A model generated the notes under the pieces. The model was not told where the DNA came from, searched no databases, and saw only the letters and a program-made list of their open reading frames with translations. A stretch of DNA of 64,000 nucleotides from assembly GCF_050920415.1 (NCBI RefSeq), contig NZ_CP169309.1; one strand, 5' to 3'. The position numbers and the translations under genes were made by a program. Each line of letters opens with the position of its first letter. Within the stretch, counting starts at the first letter, position 1. Source of the stretch: Escherichia coli (GTDB taxonomy: Bacteria; Pseudomonadota; Gammaproteobacteria; Enterobacterales; Enterobacteriaceae). This document shows positions 54,971 through 64,000 of the stretch, piece after piece.

Positions 54971-55107
54971 AGAGGCGCTCCTTGCCTGAGGATATTAAGT
55001 CGAAAGAGATTATTATTAGATATTAGGGTGTCACTATGGCACACAAATTAAACAGAATTAATTTCAAGCCACAAACATAGGGTTATTTTTCTTTTATTTT
55101 CATGATA

Positions 55108-56010
<903 letters not shown>

Positions 56011-56880
56011 TTACCGCTTTCTCGAGTGTGCTTTCTGGTTGTCAAACCAGTGGAAATAACTGATCACGCCTTCGGCAATGGCTGTGGCGATTTTCTGGCG
56101 AAATGCCGCCGTGCCTAACAGCCGCTCTTCTTCCGGGTTGGTGATAAAAGAAGTTTCCACCAGCACCGAAGGAACAGATGGCGATTTCAACACTACAAAC
56201 GCGGCTTGTTCGGTATTGCGACTGTGCAGCTTATGCACCGGCTTAATCTTCTTCAGAATATGCGAGCCAAGCGTCAGGCTGTTTTTAATGGTATCGGTTT
56301 GCACCAGATCAAACAGCACTTGCTGCAATAGGTGATCCTTGTCAGTCGCTTTTTTACCGGCAACTTCATCAGCGCGGTTTTCGCGTTCAGACAGGTATTT
56401 CGCCATTGCGCTACTTGCGCCGCGGTTAGAGAGAGCAAATACCGAAGCACCGGCAGCTTTCGGGTTAGTAAAGCCGTCGGCGTGAATTGACATAAACAGG
56501 TCAGCGCCATGTTTATGGGCGATTTCAACGCGATCGTACAGCGGGATAAACGTATCGCCAGAACGCGTTAAACGCGCATCAATGCCATGATTACGCAATA
56601 TGGAACGGACGTTTTTGGCAATCGCCAGCACCACATGTTTTTCTTTCGATCCATTGCGACCAATCGCTCCGGTATCAATTCCGCCGTGGCCTGGATCGAG
56701 AACAACGACACGTTTGCCGCCGCTTTTTTTGGCTTTCGGCTTACTGTGTCCGTTACTGGTTTTTAAAGGTTCTTCTTTGGCGATGGCTTGCGACATTCCT
56801 GACAACGTCAGGGCAGCCAATCCGGCTTTCAGCACCTGGCGGCGCGAAGTGAGTGTTTTTAGTGGTTTAAAAGTGCTCAT
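56011..56880 (-). CDS. amiA: N-acetylmuramoyl-L-alanine amidase A
   Basis: 289-aa ORF with Tat signal (SRRQVLKAG); 3 bp upstream of hemF (operon). Confidence 0.95.
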   Translation of the reverse strand: MSTFKPLKTLTSRRQVLKAGLAALTLSGMSQAIAKEEPLKTSNGHSKPKAKKSGGKRVVVLDPGHGGIDTGAIGRNGSKEKHVVLAIAKNVRSILRNHGIDARLTRSGDTFIPLYDRVEIAHKHGADLFMSIHADGFTNPKAAGASVFALSNRGASSAMAKYLSERENRADEVAGKKATDKDHLLQQVLFDLVQTDTIKNSLTLGSHILKKIKPVHKLHSRNTEQAAFVVLKSPSVPSVLVETSFITNPEEERLLGTAAFRQKIATAIAEGVISYFHWFDNQKAHSRKR

Positions 56881-57093
56881 ACGGCCTGAGTTGTAATAAT
56901 AAAGTTCCAGATGTTATATCGTATCGCGTAATCCGTTACGACCGTTTGCTGTTGAGAATTGTTTTACTTTTCATTTCAATAGTTGACAACTCCCCATTAT
57001 GCCACTTTTTTAACCGATTTTCGTCAGATATTGGCTAATTCGACCGTTCACGCCATAATCAGCCTTTTAACCCGCAAAAAGGTAACGAATACC

Positions 57094-57519
57094 ATGGAGA
57101 TACGCGTATTTCGCCAGGAAGATTTCGAAGAGGTCATCACCCTTTGGGAGCGTTGCGACTTGCTGCGTCCGTGGAACGATCCGGAAATGGACATCGAGCG
57201 CAAAATGAACCATGACGTCAGTCTGTTTCTGGTCGCTGAGGTAAACGGTGAAGTGGTCGGAACGGTGATGGGCGGTTATGACGGGCATCGCGGGTCTGCT
57301 TATTATCTTGGCGTGCATCCAGAGTTTCGTGGGCGTGGGATTGCTAATGCGTTGCTTAATCGGCTGGAGAAAAAGCTGATTGCTCGCGGCTGCCCGAAAA
57401 TTCAGATCAATGTGCCGGAAGATAACGACATGGTGCTCGGAATGTATGAACGCCTTGGATATGAACACGCCGACGTGCTGAGTCTGGGCAAGCGTTTGAT
57501 TGAAGATGAAGAGTACTGA
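57094..57519 (+). CDS. ypeA: GNAT-family acetyltransferase
   Basis: Starts [19 protein letters not shown]; 141 aa; ORF-track N-terminal extension is unlikely to be real. Confidence 0.9.
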
Positions 57520-57955
57520 GTTTCATCCTGCCCATTATGATGCGCACGGACGCCTGCGTTTACCTTTTCTCTTCTGGCTTGTGCTGTTGCTTCAGGCGCG
57601 AACCTGGGTGCTGTTTGTCATTGCCGGTGCGTCGCGTGAGCAGGGTACTGCGCTGTTGAATCTGTTTTATCCCGATCACGATAATTTCTGGCTGGGGTTA
57701 ATTCCTGGCATTCCTGCGGTGCTGGCGTTTTTGTTGAGCGGTCGGCGGGCTACGTTTCCTCGCATCTGGTATGTACTCTATTTTCTGTTGCTGTTGGCGC
57801 AGCTCGTTTTGCTTTGCTGGCAACCGTGGTTGTGGCTGAACGGTGAATCCGTTAGCGGTATCGGTCTGGCGCTGGTAGTGGCGGATATTGTGGCGTTAAT
57901 CTGGCTGCTGACCAATCGACGTTTACGCGCTTGTTTTAATGAAGAAAAAGAATAA
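57506..57955 (+). CDS. yfeZ: Inner-membrane protein YfeZ
   Basis: ~149-aa hydrophobic ORF overlapping ypeA 3' end. Confidence 0.85.
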
Positions 57956-58015
57956 CGGCACTTTTTGGTGAATTTGCACTCCAAGCAACGTTATTGAATA
58001 ACCAAAGGAAGTGAC

Positions 58016-58591
58016 ATGAAATCGCTGCGTTTAATGTTATGCGCTATGCCGTTGATGCTGACCGGCTGTTCCACGATGTCGTCAGTTAACTGGTCTGCCG
58101 CTAACCCGTGGAACTGGTTTGGGTCGTCCACCAAAGTGAGCGAGCAGGGCGTTGGTGAATTAACGGCGTCCACACCACTGCAAGAACAAGCCATTGCCGA
58201 TGCGCTTGATGGCGATTATCGCCTGCGCAGCGGAATGAAAACCGCGAACGGCAACGTGGTGCGCTTTTTTGAAGTGATGAAAGGCGACAACGTGGCGATG
58301 GTGATTAACGGCGATCAGGGCACGATCAGCCGCGTTGATGTGCTGGATAGCGATATTCCAGCTGACTCCGGTGTTAAAATCGGTACACCGTTTAGCGACC
58401 TTTACAGCAAAGCATTTGGCAATTGCCAAAAAGCTGATGGTGATGATAATCGTGCCGTCGAATGTAAAGCCGAAGGCAGTCAACATATTAGCTACCAGTT
58501 CAGCGGGGAATGGAGTGGTCCTGAAGGGTTAATGCCTTCGGACGATACCCTGAAAAACTGGAAAGTCAGTAAAATTATCTGGCGGCGTTAA
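58016..58591 (+). CDS. yfeY: Lipoprotein (RpoE-regulated)
   Basis: 191-aa ORF with lipobox (LMLTGCSTM). Confidence 0.9.
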   Translation: MKSLRLMLCAMPLMLTGCSTMSSVNWSAANPWNWFGSSTKVSEQGVGELTASTPLQEQAIADALDGDYRLRSGMKTANGNVVRFFEVMKGDNVAMVINGDQGTISRVDVLDSDIPADSGVKIGTPFSDLYSKAFGNCQKADGDDNRAVECKAEGSQHISYQFSGEWSGPEGLMPSDDTLKNWKVSKIIWRR

Positions 58592-58602
58592 TTTGCGTCT
58601 GA

Positions 58603-59586
<984 letters not shown>

Positions 59587-59607
59587 GCGCTTCTGATTCG
59601 ATGATTA

Positions 59608-59642
59608 AAGGCCAGCCAGTATCACAACTGACTGGCCTTTTT
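59608..59642. terminator. Terminator hairpin between convergent yfeX and yfeW
   Basis: AAAGGCCAGCCAGT...ACTGGCCTTTTT stem-loop followed by T-run. Confidence 0.7.
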
Positions 59643-59643
59643 A

Positions 59644-60945
59644 TTACTGCTTTAACGCCGCATACACCTGATCCACCACCCAACCATAAGTTGCAATCGG
59701 TAGCTGACCGCTTTCGAACATATTGGGATTTTTGTGTGGATCGGCAACTGGTGAATGTGGCTTGTTGCTTAACATCACAATCGCCATATGATTGATAGGA
59801 TCGATAACGGTCACCGTCCCGGTCCAGCCAGTGTGACCGTAGGTTTGCGGGCTTGCCAGCGTGCCAAACGTCGGCGTCATGGTGGCATTACCATTCACGC
59901 GCCAGCCGAGGCCAAAAGTAGCATCTTCCTTAGAGCTGGTGGTGAACATCTTCACCGTTTCCGCACTGAACAGCTGCACATCGCCATAGCCGCCGCCGTT
60001 CAGCATCGTTTGCATTAACACCGCAATATCGCCGGTATTGGAAAACAAACCTGCGTGCCCGGAAACGCCGCCCATCGAATAGAATGCTTTTTCATCGTGC
60101 ACCTGACCCCAGAGAGTGGAGGTGCGGATATTCGGGAAGTGAATCACGCCATCGCGGGTATTGCCGTTCAGTTCCGTGGCGGCAATTTGCTGTGGTTTAA
60201 AGCCTTTCAGCAGCGGATTAAACACCGTATGCGTCAGGCCGAGCGGGCGATAAATCGACTCTTCAACATAGCGGTCAAGCGGCTGACCAGTAACTGACTC
60301 GACGATAAATCCAAGCAGCATATAATCGACATCGCTGTAGATATGTTTGCTGCCGGGCTGATATTCCAGGGGCGTGCGCTTGATCATTTCCAGCGTCTGG
60401 CCTTTATCCTGGGAATATAACGCGCCCGCGACGGCTTTATTTGGGTATTGCGGGTCTGCCGGGAAACCGCCGCTGTGATGCAGCAGATCAGAAATCCGCA
60501 GCGTGTTTTTGCCTTTGATGGTGTCATTTGGACTGTCGGCAAATCCCGGAATATATTTCGCAATCCGATCGTCAGGATGTAGTTTGCCTTCGCTCATTAG
60601 CTTTTGTAGGGCGAAGTTAGTGGCGTACATTTTTGTGTTTGAGGCCAGGTCATACAGCGTCTCGGTGGTTGCTTTTACTGGCTGCTTCATTAACACGCTG
60701 CCATCGTACTTTTTCGCCGCGCCCCAGGCTTTGCGATACACAATCTGATTATCTTTAATGATCAGCAGGTTAACGCCGGGATAACCGGCATCAACTTGCT
60801 GGCTAATCCAGCGATCCATCTGATTAAGCCGTTCGACGTTAAACCCTGCTTTCTCTGGCGAACTTTCTGTCAGAACAGGGTATTTTGCGGCGCTGACGCT
60901 ACAGCTGACAGCCAGCAGAGAAAAATAGAGCATTGTCCGTTTCAT
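59644..60945 (-). CDS. yfeW: Penicillin-binding protein 4B (class C beta-lactamase-like)
   Basis: 433-aa ORF with signal peptide and SxxK (SNTK) active-site motif. Confidence 0.9.
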   Translation of the reverse strand: MKRTMLYFSLLAVSCSVSAAKYPVLTESSPEKAGFNVERLNQMDRWISQQVDAGYPGVNLLIIKDNQIVYRKAWGAAKKYDGSVLMKQPVKATTETLYDLASNTKMYATNFALQKLMSEGKLHPDDRIAKYIPGFADSPNDTIKGKNTLRISDLLHHSGGFPADPQYPNKAVAGALYSQDKGQTLEMIKRTPLEYQPGSKHIYSDVDYMLLGFIVESVTGQPLDRYVEESIYRPLGLTHTVFNPLLKGFKPQQIAATELNGNTRDGVIHFPNIRTSTLWGQVHDEKAFYSMGGVSGHAGLFSNTGDIAVLMQTMLNGGGYGDVQLFSAETVKMFTTSSKEDATFGLGWRVNGNATMTPTFGTLASPQTYGHTGWTGTVTVIDPINHMAIVMLSNKPHSPVADPHKNPNMFESGQLPIATYGWVVDQVYAALKQ

Positions 60946-60947
60946 AA

Positions 60948-62372
<1,425 letters not shown>

Positions 62373-62375
62373 GGG

Positions 62376-63272
62376 TTATTCCTTGTCTAAAACCTGACGA
62401 ATAAAGCCGCCGTGTTGATCCAGGCGTTTTTTTGCTTCTGCGGCATCGAGATTTTTCAGCACCATCACAATGGCCGTTTTGCAGTTGCGCTCGCAGGCAA
62501 TTAACGCCGCTTCCGCTTGTTCGGCGTTACATCCGGTGGCGTTTTTAACGATATTGACCTGGCGCACATGCAATTTTTCGTTGGTGGCGACCACATCGAC
62601 CATCAGGTTGCCGAACACTTTGCCGGATTTAATCATCAGCCCGGTAGAAAGCATATTGAGCACCAGTTTCTGCGCTGTGCCTGCTTTCATTCGCGAAGAA
62701 CCGGTAACCACTTCGGCACCAACCACCGGAGTAATAGCAAACTCAGCGGTGGTTGAAACGGCGCTCCCCGGATTACAGGAAATGCCCACTGTGCGGCAAC
62801 CGAGTTGGCGTGCGTATTCCAGCCCGGCAATCACATACGGTGTGCGACCGCTGGCAGCAATACCAACCACCACATCCTGTGCGGTTAAGCCGATATTTTT
62901 TAGATCGTTAACACCACCTTCCCGGCTATCTTCTGCGCCTTCCACCGCGTGCTGAATGGCATATTCACCGCCAGCAATCAAACCAACCACCAGGTCCGGT
63001 TTGACGCCGTAGGTCGGCGGACATTCGCTGGCATCAAGAATACCCAGACGACCGGAAGTCCCCGCACCGATGTAAATCAGTCGACCGCCGCCGCTTACCT
63101 GGGCGTGGATAACATCGATCGCTGCGGCGATATCCGGCAGTACACGCTCAACGGCAAGTGGTACGGTTTTATCTTCATCGTTGATAATCCGGCACATTTC
63201 CAGCGTTGATACGCGGTCAATTTCAGCCGAAGCGGCGTTCGAGCCTTCGGTAATCATCTTTTCAAGTTGCAT
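62376..63272 (-). CDS. murQ: N-acetylmuramic acid 6-phosphate etherase
   Basis: 298-aa SIS-domain ORF starting [26 protein letters not shown]. Confidence 0.95.
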   Translation of the reverse strand: MQLEKMITEGSNAASAEIDRVSTLEMCRIINDEDKTVPLAVERVLPDIAAAIDVIHAQVSGGGRLIYIGAGTSGRLGILDASECPPTYGVKPDLVVGLIAGGEYAIQHAVEGAEDSREGGVNDLKNIGLTAQDVVVGIAASGRTPYVIAGLEYARQLGCRTVGISCNPGSAVSTTAEFAITPVVGAEVVTGSSRMKAGTAQKLVLNMLSTGLMIKSGKVFGNLMVDVVATNEKLHVRQVNIVKNATGCNAEQAEAALIACERNCKTAIVMVLKNLDAAEAKKRLDQHGGFIRQVLDKE

Positions 63273-63435
63273 CGGTGGTGACCTTACTATTTACGATCAA
63301 ATAATTGCAGATGGATGGAATCATATATCCCGAATTGACAGACTTAAAGGAATCATTGAGTCTACACTCGCAGAGTGTGAAGAGCGTCATAAGAACTTAA
63401 GCGGAATTTTTGCTGCCAGCCCAGGAGAGTGGAAG

Positions 63436-64000
63436 ATGTTGTACCTGACGAAAATACGCAATGCAGAAAGTGAATTTACCGAGAACGAGCAAAAAATAGC
63501 TGACTTTCTGCAGGCTAAAGTGAGTGAGCTGAAATCCGTCTCTTCGCGCAAGATGGCGAAACAGCTCGGTATCAGCCAGTCGAGTATTGTGAAGTTTGCC
63601 CAGAAGCTCGGCGCGCAAGGATTTACTGAATTGCGTATGGCGTTAATTGGCGAATACAGTGCCAGCCGGGAGAAAACGAATGCCACGGCGCTGCACTTGC
63701 ACAGTTCGATTACCAGTGACGATTCGCTGGAAGTGATTGCCCGCAAACTGAATCGCGAAAAAGAGCTGGCACTGGAGCAAACCTGCGCCTTACTCGATTA
63801 CGCGCGGCTGCAAAAAATCATTGAGGTCATCAGTAAAGCGCCGTTTATCCAGATAACAGGCCTGGGCGGGTCGGCGCTGGTGGGGCGCGATCTTTCATTC
63901 AAACTGATGAAAATTGGTTATCGCGTGGCCTGTGAAGCCGACACGCACGTACAAGCTACCGTTTCCCAGGCGTTGAAAAAAGGTGATGTACAAATCGCTA
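63436..64000 (+). CDS. murR: RpiR-family transcriptional regulator MurR, 5' part (runs off window end)
   Basis: Translation from ATG 63436: [26 protein letters not shown]... with HTH and start of SIS domain; divergent from murQP. Confidence 0.85.
   Translation, partial: MLYLTKIRNAESEFTENEQKIADFLQAKVSELKSVSSRKMAKQLGISQSSIVKFAQKLGAQGFTELRMALIGEYSASREKTNATALHLHSSITSDDSLEVIARKLNREKELALEQTCALLDYARLQKIIEVISKAPFIQITGLGGSALVGRDLSFKLMKIGYRVACEADTHVQATVSQALKKGDVQIA

Overview
This window is Escherichia coli chromosome, matching the K-12 map from about focB/hyf to murR but in reverse orientation, and it is clearly from a non-K-12 strain. Gene identities come from my recognition of the translated ORFs and their motifs; no database search was run. 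Almost all of it is conserved core genome: the 3' part of focB, hyfR, the hydrogenase-4 operon hyfJIHGFEDCBA, bcp, gcvR, dapA-bamC, purC, ypfJ-tmcA-ypfH, ypfN, dapE-yffB, the small gene ypfM, acrD, narQ, aegA, nudK, ypfG, tktB-talA, maeB, an uninterrupted 17-gene ethanolamine-utilisation operon (eutS to eutR), hemF-amiA, ypeA-yfeZ, yfeY, yfeX, yfeW, murP-murQ and the start of murR. The one region that is not explained by the K-12 core is a 1.8-kb two-gene cassette (53274..55107) between the convergent 3' ends of eutR and hemF. It encodes a 420-aa cytoplasmic protein with several CxxC zinc-ribbon-like motifs and a C-terminal region resembling the DUF1963 (YwqG-like) family, followed by an AT-rich gene for a 105-aa small membrane protein. 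Function is unknown and this is the best candidate for an undescribed system. Also noted: the eut operon lacks the CPZ-55 prophage that splits it in K-12, REP/BIME repeat clusters sit in several intergenic regions, a sigma-54 promoter lies upstream of hyfA, and there is a PurR box upstream of purC.
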